The position numbers and the translations under genes were made by a program. From NCBI GenBank assembly GCA_965248265.1, contig CBDFJF010000002.1:2336001-2400000 (forward strand): 64,000 nt of DNA. Direction: 5' to 3'. Source of the stretch: Candidatus Latescibacterota bacterium. GTDB lineage: Bacteria; Latescibacterota; UBA2968; UBA8231. The notes beneath the pieces were generated by a model. The model did no database searches, was not told the origin of the DNA, and saw only the letters and a program-made list of their open reading frames with translations. This document shows, piece after piece, positions 10,681-20,607 of the stretch. Every line of letters starts with the position of its first letter. Positions within the stretch are counted from its first letter, which is position 1.

Positions 10681-13600
10681 CTACCTGATCAGCATCATCG
10701 ATGCACGGGCCTCTTCTGACCCGGCCGTCAGGCTGGCGAAGTAGACGCCGCTGGCTGCCGCATGCCGATCGTCGCTGCGACCATGCCACTGCACTGCGTA
10801 CTGTCCCGCGGCGAGTTGCTCGTCGACGAGAACGCGGACGACTTGCCCCACGGAGTTGTGGATGACCAGACGCACGGCGCCCTCGTCCGGCACCGAAAAT
10901 TCGAGCGTTGTGGTGGCGTTGAACGGATTGGGAAAATTCGACCCGAGCGCGAAGTGTATTGGCGTAGGGGCGTCTTCATACTCCACTGCAGTCAACGCTC
11001 TGCCTTCGATCAACTCCAGCCTCACGTTCGTGGCTACGTCGGCATAGGCGTCGACGACACCGCTGGGCCATCCTACGACGATGGAGTCGAGGTGTGCGTC
11101 GATGTTCAGGCCGAATTGAGCGATCAGGCTGGGGGCGGAAAACTCGCCGGCGGCCCGTATCGCCCTCATCTGCACCTCTCCCGACGAGGCATGCGTGGTG
11201 ACGCGCGCACCGATACCATCGGCGTTGCTCTCGACTCCTCGCAGCTTCACGCTCAACCAGGAGTGTTGACTGCCGCCGTTCTTGAATAGCTGATTCGCTG
11301 CGCCGTCGTTAATGACGTACACGTCGAGGTCTCCGTCACTGTCGTAGTCCCCGAGAACGAGCCCTCTGGAGGTGTCCCGGCGCGCCATACCGAAAGCCGC
11401 AGCCCGGTCGATGAACGTGCCATCTCCCTGATTTACGTAGGAGCGATTGGCGAATCCGACGTTGACGACGAATAAGTCGAGATCCCCGTCGTTGTCGTAG
11501 TCACCGAATGCTCCGGCGCTGCCGATGGCTTGATTTTCGACGCCGCTGCCACCGGCGACGTTGACGAAACGACCGCGCGCCAGATCGTTGCGCCAGAGCA
11601 GGCCCAGACCGTCGAAATTGACGACGAACACGTCGAGATCTCCGTCTTCCTCGAAGTCACCGACGCTCAGACCGGTGGCGCCACCTCGGTCGTCCAAGGT
11701 GGAGAACGCGTAGAATGCTCTGCCGACGTCCGAATAGATCAGATCGAAGCCGCCGAAGATGGCGGCGTAGAGATCCAGGTCACCGTCGTTGTCGTAGTCG
11801 GCGAACGCCGATGCCGATCCGCCCCCGATGGCGGGGTGGAAGATTCCCTTCTCCTCGGTCACATCCTCGAAACGGCCATCTCCCGTATTCCGGTACAGGG
11901 TACTGAGCTGGCCGCGTACGTGAGAGACGAACAGGTCGAGATGGCCATCGCGATCGTAGTCGCCCGCCGTGACTCCGTAACTGGCTTTCACCTCATCCAG
12001 GCCTGACGCAACCGAGATGTCCGAGAACGTGCCGTCGCCGTCATTGTGGAACAGATGGTTCTGCTCGCCCTCTCCGACGAATCCGCCGCGCGCCGCGAAC
12101 AGATCGAGGTACCCATCGCGATCGAAATCGGCGAATAAGACTCCCGTACCATTGCCGACATCCGCGATGCCGGCCATCTCGGTCACGACTTGGTATCCGC
12201 TCTCGTCATCGTTGCGGTAGAGGACATTCTCGGCATCGCCAGACTGACCGCCGTTGGCCAGGTAGAGATCGAGATCGCCATCGTTGTCGTAGTCAGCGAA
12301 CGCCCCGGCGAATCCCTGTCCCGGCTCGTCGACACCCATCTGCTGTGCGACTTCATCGAAGCGATGCATCAGCACGCTGCGGGCACGATGATCGTTGGCA
12401 GCGACGTCGTCATTCGCTTCCAGATCGAATTGGACTCGGTGACGGGCGCTGAGCGTCGGGTGCCAGGTTGAACCCGCTCCCAGACGGATCGTTTCACCGG
12501 CTGCGAGCTCTGGGACCTCCATCGATGTGTGCATGACCTGCTCGCCGTCAACGACGATCGTCACGTGCAGCAGCGCATCAGCGACCGGCACCTGGCCCAC
12601 GTTCGTGATCTCCACCTCAGTCCGCAATCCCGATCCCCAGGAGCTGGCCAGGTTGGGCTCGACGATGCGGGTGATCGCCAGATCACGCCGTGGTCTCGGT
12701 TCTTCAATCTTGAGAACCTGATCGGTCGGCAGGTTGGTGAGCACCTGTCGCGATCCGGATGGCCATTCGATGATGAGCTCGGAGATCTGGTCAGCTCCAC
12801 CCGTTCCCAGGTGCAACAGGTCCCCGTGCACGGTGGTGAGGGATGTCCCGATGGTGTAGTCCCGGGTCAGTTCGAGGCCCGCGTCATCAACGTGGGCGTG
12901 AAGGGTGCTCCCTACCGGGCTGTTGTGACCATCGCGGCCGGCGAGCTCGACATGGAGCCAGTGGCCGCTGCTGGCGGTATCGTTGCGCAGCAGGGCGTCG
13001 GCGACCGCGTTGCCGGCGGCAAACAGATCGACGTCGCCGTCGCGATCATAGTCGGCGATCGCCAAGCCTACTGGCCTTTCACCGGGGGCCGCCGCATCGG
13101 ACCCATAGGCACTGGCGGTGACGTCGCTGAACCTGTCGCCGTCGTTGCGCCAGACCGTCACTGTGGACTGATCCGAGACGACCAGGTCGAGATCGCCGTC
13201 GTTGTCGAGATCAGCCCACGCTCCGGCAACGCTCCTGATGGAACGGGACAACCCCATGGCGGGTGCGACATCGACGAAGAGCTTGCCGTCTCGATTTTCA
13301 TAGAGTTGATTGGACTGCGAGAGGTCGGACGGGGCGTTGAGAAGGTAGAGGTCGGAGTCGCCGTCGTTGTCGTAGTCGGCGATGATCGTGCCCACCGTTG
13401 TTGAAGGCTGCTGCAAGCCCGCCGCCTCAGTTAACTGCTGAAAGGTGCCGTCCGCCCGGTTGCGGTAGAGCAGGTTCTGCCCCGGCGTGTTGGCGACGTA
13501 GAGATCACGGGCGCCGTCTCCGTCGTAGTCCAAAGCAACGGCGCCGACGGTCTCCCCGCCGCCTTGCAGCGTGCTCGTGAATTCGGTTATGTCGGATGCG

Positions 13601-14121
13601 TGGTCCGTGAGAATCGCACTGAAGAGACGATTGCGAGTCAACAACCGGTGTGTCGTGAACAGATCGAGGTTGCCGTCGGCGTCGAAATCGCCGAAGAGGG
13701 CGCCCGTTGCCTGCGCCGCGTCGCGGATCCCGTTCGGCGTCGCCATCGGCACGTAGTGGCCGCCTTCGTTTTGGAAGAAGCGGTTGGGATCGTTGTGCTT
13801 CAAGAGGAAGATATCGAGATCGCCATCTGCCTCGAGGTCGATGAAGGTCGCGCCGAGCGACTCCTCACTGTCTTCGAGCGCATCGGGCTGCAGCGCGAAA
13901 CGGCCGTCCCCGAGGTTGCGGTAGAGCAACGTCGATTGCCCCCGGAGTCTGGTAACCAGCAGATCAGGCCAGCCGTCGCCGTCATAATCGGCGAACACGG
14001 CGCCGCGGGCATCGCCGGAATCGTCGACGCCAGCCAGTGCCGCCTGATTGGTGAAGGTAATGCTGTGACTGGGGGTAGTGCTCAGAGCGATGGCGAAACG
14101 CAGGCATGCGAATAGTCGCAT
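10681..14121 (-). CDS. Secreted FG-GAP/CRTAC1-like protein with two ASPIC/UnbV modules, a CARDB-like Ig domain and a C-terminal sorting (T9SS-A/FlgD-Ig-like) domain
   Basis: Signal-peptide-like N-terminus, many DYDNDGDLD repeats, WPSG ASPIC motifs twice, NFPNPFN...ASGVYF C-terminus. Confidence 0.88.
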   Translation of the reverse strand: MRLFACLRFAIALSTTPSHSITFTNQAALAGVDDSGDARGAVFADYDGDGWPDLLVTRLRGQSTLLYRNLGDGRFALQPDALEDSEESLGATFIDLEADGDLDIFLLKHNDPNRFFQNEGGHYVPMATPNGIRDAAQATGALFGDFDADGNLDLFTTHRLLTRNRLFSAILTDHASDITEFTSTLQGGGETVGAVALDYDGDGARDLYVANTPGQNLLYRNRADGTFQQLTEAAGLQQPSTTVGTIIADYDNDGDSDLYLLNAPSDLSQSNQLYENRDGKLFVDVAPAMGLSRSIRSVAGAWADLDNDGDLDLVVSDQSTVTVWRNDGDRFSDVTASAYGSDAAAPGERPVGLAIADYDRDGDVDLFAAGNAVADALLRNDTASSGHWLHVELAGRDGHNSPVGSTLHAHVDDAGLELTRDYTIGTSLTTVHGDLLHLGTGGADQISELIIEWPSGSRQVLTNLPTDQVLKIEEPRPRRDLAITRIVEPNLASSWGSGLRTEVEITNVGQVPVADALLHVTIVVDGEQVMHTSMEVPELAAGETIRLGAGSTWHPTLSARHRVQFDLEANDDVAANDHRARSVLMHRFDEVAQQMGVDEPGQGFAGAFADYDNDGDLDLYLANGGQSGDAENVLYRNDDESGYQVVTEMAGIADVGNGTGVLFADFDRDGYLDLFAARGGFVGEGEQNHLFHNDGDGTFSDISVASGLDEVKASYGVTAGDYDRDGHLDLFVSHVRGQLSTLYRNTGDGRFEDVTEEKGIFHPAIGGGSASAFADYDNDGDLDLYAAIFGGFDLIYSDVGRAFYAFSTLDDRGGATGLSVGDFEEDGDLDVFVVNFDGLGLLWRNDLARGRFVNVAGGSGVENQAIGSAGAFGDYDNDGDLDLFVVNVGFANRSYVNQGDGTFIDRAAAFGMARRDTSRGLVLGDYDSDGDLDVYVINDGAANQLFKNGGSQHSWLSVKLRGVESNADGIGARVTTHASSGEVQMRAIRAAGEFSAPSLIAQFGLNIDAHLDSIVVGWPSGVVDAYADVATNVRLELIEGRALTAVEYEDAPTPIHFALGSNFPNPFNATTTLEFSVPDEGAVRLVIHNSVGQVVRVLVDEQLAAGQYAVQWHGRSDDRHAAASGVYFASLTAGSEEARASMMLIR

Positions 14122-14125
14122 GGGA

Positions 14126-15012
14126 TCAAGGAGCCGCCAGGCTCTCCGGTGACAACGAGCCCACGGCGAGGCGACCGATCTGTTCGATCACGGCCACGCC
14201 GGGTGGCTTCGCCTCGCGCGCCAACGTCAATACACAAACGACGAGCGGCCCGGTAGGCAGGAAGACTATGCCGACATCGGCCTGAACTCTGTTGCTGCCG
14301 CCGGTCTTGTGAGCGACGACGGTGCCCGGATCGGTGATGCGTCTTAACTTGCCGTTCTCCCGCGTGGCCTTGAGGATGTCCAGCATCCGCGACGAGGCCG
14401 TGGGCGAGATCAGCTGTCCGTAGAACAGTTGCTCCAGAATCCTTCCCTGATCGTGGGCGGAAGTGACGTCGTTCTCGAGCGAATCGGAATAGGCCAGGCT
14501 GTCGCGGTCGAACGTCTTCTCCAATGAGACTGACCCCAGGTTTCCTGAAGCCAGGTCTGTGACGCTGATTCCTCGCATGATGAGGCTCCACTCAGCAATG
14601 GTGAAGTTGGTCCGGGTGTCGTGGAAGCCAAGTGCCTCCATGGTGGCGTTGATGCGGGTCGGTGTCAGCAATCTGATGAGGAAGTCGGCAGCCGTGTTGT
14701 CGCTGACGTTCATCATCATTCTGCAGTAGTCCCACAGAGACAGTTCGGGTGCGTCCTCCATGAATCTCAGACTGTCCCAGCCCAAGGGTGGCGGTGGTTG
14801 CTTGAGCCGATAGCGATCGAGCAAGGAGAGTGAACCCTTCTCGGCGCGCATAAACCTACCATAGCTGCGACCTTGCACACGCTGGCCGTGGGGAACCGCT
14901 GGTCGGCTTCGTGCTCGTAGACGGCATGCGTCGCCAGGTCCTTTATATAGACGCCGATGCCGCCGTCGAAATCAGCGATCAGACTGTCGAGCTGGGTCCG
15001 CGGGAACGTCAT
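14126..15012 (-). pseudogene. Class A beta-lactamase-like serine hydrolase, frameshifted near 14855
   Basis: The N-terminal frame has FPTASVCK (SxxK); the second frame carries SDN and HKTG. The frames join at ...ATGGTAGG|TTTATGCGC. Real pseudogene or sequencing error. Confidence 0.8.
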
Positions 15013-15168
15013 TTCACAGGCCTTGATCAATCACGCTCGGGGTTCGATCATAAGGAGCGGCTGCGATCACAGACGGGAACCAGCCGGTATTATCGCGCAC
15101 GGTCTGTCCATTGTCGAGAACGGCAGCGTAAGGACGATGAAGAGAGTCGAGCAGGTCTCTATTTCCGG

Positions 15169-15300
15169 ATGGTGGAAATCACCACCTCCGTCATCGAGGA
15201 CCCGCCTGCCTGGGCCCTTCTGCAGCGCCGGCTCATCTACACCATCGAGGACGCTGTCGCGTTTTTCAACGGGAGGTACACTTACCCGGGGGGTGGCCAG
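15169..15300 (+). pseudogene. N-terminal remnant of a conserved hypothetical protein
   Basis: MVEITTSVIEDPPAWALLQRRLIYTIEDAVAFFNGRYTYPGG resembles the 'PPxWALLER.L' N-terminus I recall from large hypothetical proteins; the coding character ends abruptly. Confidence 0.45.
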
Positions 15301-15344
15301 TCCTTGCTGTTGAGGATGATCCCGGAACATCGAGGAAAACCTAC

Positions 15345-16946
15345 ATGGAAAACGCAGCGAAGCGCCCACGGCTGATCTACTACAACGATGCCCATCATTT
15401 TCATGGGAAGCGAGTCGATCCTCCGGTCAGCAAACCCCGACTGTGGCAGCCGGTCGACGAACTCGCCGGCACCGGCGCCGAGATGCTTGCCTTCGGGCTG
15501 GGCTACGGCGATGTGTTCTTCCACAACTCGAAGGTCGGCAAGAGCATCCTCCAGACTGCAGACGTGATCGCGAACCCGATCGACTGGCGCATCAAGGCGA
15601 TGGCCAGGGATGCGGCAGCCATGGGCACGGATCAGGTGCGCGAGGTCATCAACCGCGGCAAGCAGCTGGGTGTCGCGGTCCTGCCCAGCCTGAAGATGAA
15701 CAACGCCCAGGCACCGGGTGCCCATCGCTGCGGCAACTTCAGAGAGGAGCGCGGAGAGGAGGTCTGCCTGCGTGAGCCGCCCTCGGAGTGGTTGTACGAC
15801 TATGCCCATGTCGATGTGCGGACTTACAAGCTGGCGCTGATCCGCGAGATGCTCGTCGACTACGATGCGGACGGCATCGAGCTCGACTTCCTGTTCGACG
15901 CTCGCTATTTCCGGGTGGCCGACGTCGAACGGGGGAAGCGCATCATGAGCGATTACATCGCCGAAGTTCGCGGGCTAATCGATGAGGTTGGTGCTGACAA
16001 AGGACGCGCCCTGACATGCGGTGCCCGCGTTTTCGCCACCGAGGAAGAGAACTTGCGCAGTGGCCTGGACGTGAGGACCTGGATCGCCGAGGGCAGCCTG
16101 GACATCGTCGTCGGAGAGGTTTCGGACTCCCTTTTCGAAACGACCTTACCCCATCGGTGGCTGGCAGACGCCGCAAACGCCAACGGCGTGGCCGCCTACA
16201 TCCGCCCTGCGCTGCGTGTCTACGACGAACGCACCGCGTCACCCGACGTCGAGATGTACCGGGCCTTCAGCCACAGTCTGCAGTCTCAGGGCTTCGCGGG
16301 CATGTACCTCGGGTACATCGACTGGCCCTTCCGCAATGACGAGCGCCAGATTCTTCGGGACGCCGCCTACCCGGAGATCACCGAGCGCCTCAACAAGCGC
16401 TACATCCTGCAACCGCAAGAGGAGCCGAAGGAGAGCTCGCGGGGTCTGGTGTCGACGGTCGCACAGCGGGATCTGCCGGTTGCACTCGAAGAGGGCCAGA
16501 CCGCGTTAATCACGGTCGATGTCGCCGACGACCTTGCCGCCGCGCGTGAGGATGGCGACCTGCGGCGTCCGATCCTGACCGTGCGCTTCTGCAACCTCTG
16601 CATCGAAGACGGAGTCGAGTTCCGCTTGAACGGCGTGACTCTGTCCCGCGACGAGGCCGAGATCACCCACTACCGCGGCGTCACCATCCGGGGGTGGGCA
16701 AGGCTCCAGTCCTTCGGCAACCCGATCAAGGCCGGTAACGGGTTCATCGCACACTGGTTCCGCTGGCATCTCGCCATTGACCTGTTGCGCCAGGGCGCCA
16801 ATACCCTCGAAGTCGAGACCAAACGGCTCGAGCCCAGTGCCGGCAACGAGCGCACCACCAACGGCGTCGAGATCCAGGTGCGCTACAACGAATTTGTCTG
16901 GCCCGAGGGGCTGGACGTCGAGCGCGTGGATCCGATCGCGCCTTAG
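15345..16946 (+). CDS. Glycoside hydrolase-like TIM-barrel protein (GHL10-like), third paralog
   Basis: RLIYYNDAHH, SLKMN, DGIELDF; RBS GAGGA. Confidence 0.75.
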   Translation: MENAAKRPRLIYYNDAHHFHGKRVDPPVSKPRLWQPVDELAGTGAEMLAFGLGYGDVFFHNSKVGKSILQTADVIANPIDWRIKAMARDAAAMGTDQVREVINRGKQLGVAVLPSLKMNNAQAPGAHRCGNFREERGEEVCLREPPSEWLYDYAHVDVRTYKLALIREMLVDYDADGIELDFLFDARYFRVADVERGKRIMSDYIAEVRGLIDEVGADKGRALTCGARVFATEEENLRSGLDVRTWIAEGSLDIVVGEVSDSLFETTLPHRWLADAANANGVAAYIRPALRVYDERTASPDVEMYRAFSHSLQSQGFAGMYLGYIDWPFRNDERQILRDAAYPEITERLNKRYILQPQEEPKESSRGLVSTVAQRDLPVALEEGQTALITVDVADDLAAAREDGDLRRPILTVRFCNLCIEDGVEFRLNGVTLSRDEAEITHYRGVTIRGWARLQSFGNPIKAGNGFIAHWFRWHLAIDLLRQGANTLEVETKRLEPSAGNERTTNGVEIQVRYNEFVWPEGLDVERVDPIAP

Positions 16947-16951
16947 CCAAT

Positions 16952-17008
16952 GAAGAGGTGCACGGCGAAGGGTCGTACCGCGACGCCATGCGCCAGATCG
17001 TGGAGTAG
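16952..17008 (+). pseudogene. 3'-end remnant of a Gfo/Idh/MocA paralog
   Basis: Translates EEVHGEGSYRDAMRQIVE*, resembling the C-terminus DVHGAEWYREAMKIHVRE* of gene 9424..10572. Confidence 0.55.
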
Positions 17009-17031
17009 TGCAGACAACAGGAGCTTGCGAT

Positions 17032-17870
17032 ATGTCAGATGAGAAAAGGAAGCTGCAGATCATGGGCGTATTCGCCCATCCCCATGACACCATGCACGCG
17101 CTCGGGACCTGCGGTAATCACACCCGGGATGGCGACTCCGTGGTGTTCGTCCTATTGACCGGAGGGGCGTCGACCCACAATGAGAAGCTGCGTCACGAAC
17201 TCGCAAAACCGCCCGAGGAACGGGATCAGACCATCATGGCGCAGACGAGCGAGGATTACCTGGCGTTAAAGGAAGCGGAAGTCCGCAAAGCCTGCGGTTA
17301 CTTCGGAGTCACCGACATACACGTGTTTGACAATGAAGATCACCCGCTAAAACGCACCGATGACACGGTGACACGACTCGGCAAGATGATTTGCGATTAT
17401 CAGCCCGACATTCTGATAGGCGAGCTGCCGGCGCTGCAACGAGAGGATCGCCTGTGGACGACCCCGGATGATCACACGACCTGTGCGGAGATCGTCAAGG
17501 AAGCCCGGGATCTGGCCAGCCACCCGCGTCACGGCAGTGACACGGCCCCCCATATGATAACGAGGACCTACTACCTGGCCACGGAAAGGTCCTATGATAC
17601 CATCGATCTATATGTCGATGTGTCGGATCATTTCGAGAACCTGATAAACGCCGAGGCCTGTTTCTCGTCACAGGCTCATTCCCGTGACTATGCCACAGCC
17701 AGGATTACCCGGGAATCGGGCACACAGGATGGCGCGCCCAGGTATTCGCCGCCGAGGCCTTCGTCCGCAGTGACCGCATTGTAAGCAGCCGGCTTCTCTT
17801 CACCGAGCATGATTATCGCAAGTCCGGTCAGTCGGTTCTGGACAGAAGGAAGGACCTCCTGGGAGGGTGA
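17032..17870 (+). pseudogene. PIG-L/LmbE family deacetylase, frameshifted near 17710
   Basis: FAHPHD, LTGG, PDDH, SQ motifs. An alternative frame continues GIGHTGWRAQVFAAEAFVR...LLGG* (the AEAF motif typical of the PIG-L C-terminus) to TGA at 17870. Confidence 0.75.
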
Positions 17871-17939
17871 AGGGGGAATCGTGGCCTGAAGGACACGTAC
17901 CTACCTCACCCGTTTGAATCGTGCCAGGGCTGAAGGTCC

Positions 17940-18746
17940 TCAGTCAGTACGTCTCTTGTACGCCAGTTCCGCTTGCGGACCTGGCAGGTAGACCGGGTTG
18001 ATGATGAGCTCGTCTTCGAGCAAATGCACCAGGTTGAACCCGGAGCCGGCCAGGTGCCGGTGCCCGTCCTGGGTGGATGGGTCCATCAGCGACACGGTGC
18101 CTGGTGCCGTGGCACAAATGGCGCCGGCGAAGCAGCCGACATTGCTGAAGTGGACGTGGCCACAGAGTATGCCACGCACCCGGTGGCCGCTGAGGACATC
18201 GCGAAGTCTCGCGACGTTGTCGACACGAGCATTCAAGTCAGCGACAGCCGTTGGCAGGGGTGGATGATGCATGACCACGAGGCTGTCGTGATCAGCAGGG
18301 TTGGTCATCTCGTGCTCCAGCCAATCGAGTTGCTCGGTGTCAACGCCGATGGTGCCTGCCGTGCCGCCCCGGGTATCAAGGACGATGATGCGGAGGCCAG
18401 CGATCTGTTCGCTGTAGTAGTACGGGTCAGTCGGCAGGCCGCCATCAACGCCCAGCACGCACTGTCGGAACAGCGCCCGGTCATCGTGATTACCCAGACT
18501 CAGAAAAACGGGTACCCCCAACGACCGCAGTGATTCGGAGGCCTGGTTGTAGGACTCGTAGTTGGCGACTGAGGGCTGGTTCACCAGGTCGCCACTGACG
18601 ATTATTGCAGCAACATCGACCGTCATATCTTTCACGGTGTCTACGACAGACTGCAGGTTGGCACCGGCATCCTGGCCCCACCACGTCGGACCTGAGGGAT
18701 CGGCCGTGTGGATGTCCGTCAGGTGTAAGAGTGTTAGATCGGGCAT
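17940..18746 (-). CDS. Metallophosphoesterase (CpdA/Icc-like calcineurin fold)
   Basis: TDIH, SGDL, GNHD, MHH, GHVH motifs. Confidence 0.9.
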   Translation of the reverse strand: MPDLTLLHLTDIHTADPSGPTWWGQDAGANLQSVVDTVKDMTVDVAAIIVSGDLVNQPSVANYESYNQASESLRSLGVPVFLSLGNHDDRALFRQCVLGVDGGLPTDPYYYSEQIAGLRIIVLDTRGGTAGTIGVDTEQLDWLEHEMTNPADHDSLVVMHHPPLPTAVADLNARVDNVARLRDVLSGHRVRGILCGHVHFSNVGCFAGAICATAPGTVSLMDPSTQDGHRHLAGSGFNLVHLLEDELIINPVYLPGPQAELAYKRRTD

Positions 18747-18762
18747 GTGCTGGGCGGGGAGT

Positions 18763-19212
18763 TTACTCGACCATGACCTTGACGACGGCCTTGTGGAGCT
18801 GATCCGGCGAGATCAACGGGATGTGGGGATCATTCGGAAGGAAGATGGCAAATGTTCCGGGCACGGTGGCGACCCAGGAGGTAGGCTGGTCGCTGAACAT
18901 CTGGTAGTCGCCCTCTGCATTGTACTCGGCCTGGGGTTGGGTGCAGCTTGCTCTGGAGCGCCATCCCATCTCATCCGTCCCGTCGATCATGTACTGCACA
19001 TCGATGTATTTGAGGTGGGCCTCGAGCTCCCCGACGTCTCTGGTTCGTCCGGCCGCCTTGACCACGATGGCGTAGACGCGCTCGCCGTCGATTTCGTGCC
19101 TGCCCTCATCGAGTTCGGCCAGGTCACTACGTCTGAGGAACTCGAAGGCCTTGGCGAAGCCGCTGTTGAGAGCGTTGTAGGCGTCGGCGTTCTCCAGCGT
19201 GTCCAGTATCAT
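18763..19212 (-). CDS. YhcH/YjgK/YiaL family protein
   Basis: MILDTL..., LEAHLKYIDVQY, FAIFLPNDPH, KAVVKV. Confidence 0.9.
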   Translation of the reverse strand: MILDTLENADAYNALNSGFAKAFEFLRRSDLAELDEGRHEIDGERVYAIVVKAAGRTRDVGELEAHLKYIDVQYMIDGTDEMGWRSRASCTQPQAEYNAEGDYQMFSDQPTSWVATVPGTFAIFLPNDPHIPLISPDQLHKAVVKVMVE

Positions 19213-19396
19213 GATCGTCTCCTTGTGTGTCGTCTTGTGTGTGGCATCGTAAGCAAAATCGTTCTGCTTTCCCGAGGAATGGTGATGACTACATTAACCG
19301 ATTCTATATAGATCCACTGACGGACAGATCCAACCGGAGGAAGCGCTGGGAATATGTCCCGGCGGGTAAAGCACATCAAGCAGGAGATAGGAAGGC

Positions 19397-20590
19397 GTGA
19401 ACATCGATCTCTACGACAAATACAACCTCAAGCGAATCGTCAATGCCTGCGGCAAGATGACCCACTTGGCCGGAGCGGCCGTACTGCCACCGATCGCACA
19501 GCAGGTGTCTATAGCGCTGCCATGCTTCTTCGATCTGGACGAACTGCAGGAGAGTGCCGGACGGGTGATCGCGGAGGCCACGGGAGCCGAGGGTGGCTGC
19601 GTTACCGCGAGCTCCGCGGCTGGCATAACGCTATCCGTTGCCGCTTCAATGACGGGTCCGGACTTGGGCAGGATCGGTCAACTGCCTGACACCGGCGGCA
19701 TGCCCGACCAGGTGGTTCTGCAGAAGGGACACGCTGTCAACTTCGGGGCGCCGATCGCTCAGATGATCCGCCTGGCCGGAGCACGCGTCGTCGAGATCGG
19801 TTCGATCAACGGTGCCTCGGATTATCACCTGGAACATGCGATAAATCCGAGCACGGCCGCTGTTGTCTTCGTGGTGTCCCACCATACCGTGCGCTACGGC
19901 TGCATCCCTCTGAGGCAGACTGTCGAGATCGCCCATGCGCACGACGTTCCCGTGATCGTCGACGGGGCGGCGCAGTCGTTCAATATCCGGCAGATCATCG
20001 AGGCGGGAGTGGATCTGGCGATCTGCAGCGGCCACAAGTACCTGTCCGGGACCACGGCCGGCATCGTTTGCGGTCGCGAGGATCTGGTGCGGTCAGTGAA
20101 CCTTCAGAGCAGGGGAATCGGCCGTCCGATGAAGGTGGGCAAGGAGGGAATCTTCGGGGTGATGGCCGCTCTGGAGCACCGTATGAATATGGATGTCGTG
20201 GCCTGGGAGGCGGAGCAGGATCGCAAGATGGAGCGGATCATCGAGCGTCTGCAGGATGTGGAGGGGGTGACGATGAGCGCCAATCCCGATCCGAACGGCA
20301 ACCCATTCAGCCGGGCGCGCATTGACGTGGACGCAGAGCGCAGCGGAATCAGCGCCGCGACCTTGTCCGCCGCCATGGCGGCAGGCGACCCGTCAATCAG
20401 ACTGCGAGCTCATCACGTTGACGAGGGCTGGGTCAACGTCGATGCCATCGAAATGTCCGACGAAGAGGTGGAACTGACCTGCGACCGGTTGAGCCAACTG
20501 TTGACGGCACCACCTGCTGAAAAGGCAGCATTGGAGGAGAAATTTGGTGGCCGGCGCGCGGAGATGGCCCGGCTTGATGGGTTGCGCTGA
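19397..20590 (+). CDS. SelA-like/DgaE family PLP-dependent enzyme
   Basis: IVNACGKMTHLAG, VIVDGAA, SGHKYL (PLP lysine), IGRPMKVGKE. Confidence 0.85.
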   Translation: MNIDLYDKYNLKRIVNACGKMTHLAGAAVLPPIAQQVSIALPCFFDLDELQESAGRVIAEATGAEGGCVTASSAAGITLSVAASMTGPDLGRIGQLPDTGGMPDQVVLQKGHAVNFGAPIAQMIRLAGARVVEIGSINGASDYHLEHAINPSTAAVVFVVSHHTVRYGCIPLRQTVEIAHAHDVPVIVDGAAQSFNIRQIIEAGVDLAICSGHKYLSGTTAGIVCGREDLVRSVNLQSRGIGRPMKVGKEGIFGVMAALEHRMNMDVVAWEAEQDRKMERIIERLQDVEGVTMSANPDPNGNPFSRARIDVDAERSGISAATLSAAMAAGDPSIRLRAHHVDEGWVNVDAIEMSDEEVELTCDRLSQLLTAPPAEKAALEEKFGGRRAEMARLDGLR

Positions 20591-20607
20591 ATGATGGCGT
20601 CTGGTTG

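Noticed and set aside
19221-19245. Short direct repeat cttgtgtgt x2
   Set aside because: Too short to assign as an operator without a cognate regulator.
19397-20590. Selenocysteine synthase SelA
   Set aside because: Short SelA-like/DgaE type; no selB, selD or tRNA-Sec nearby.
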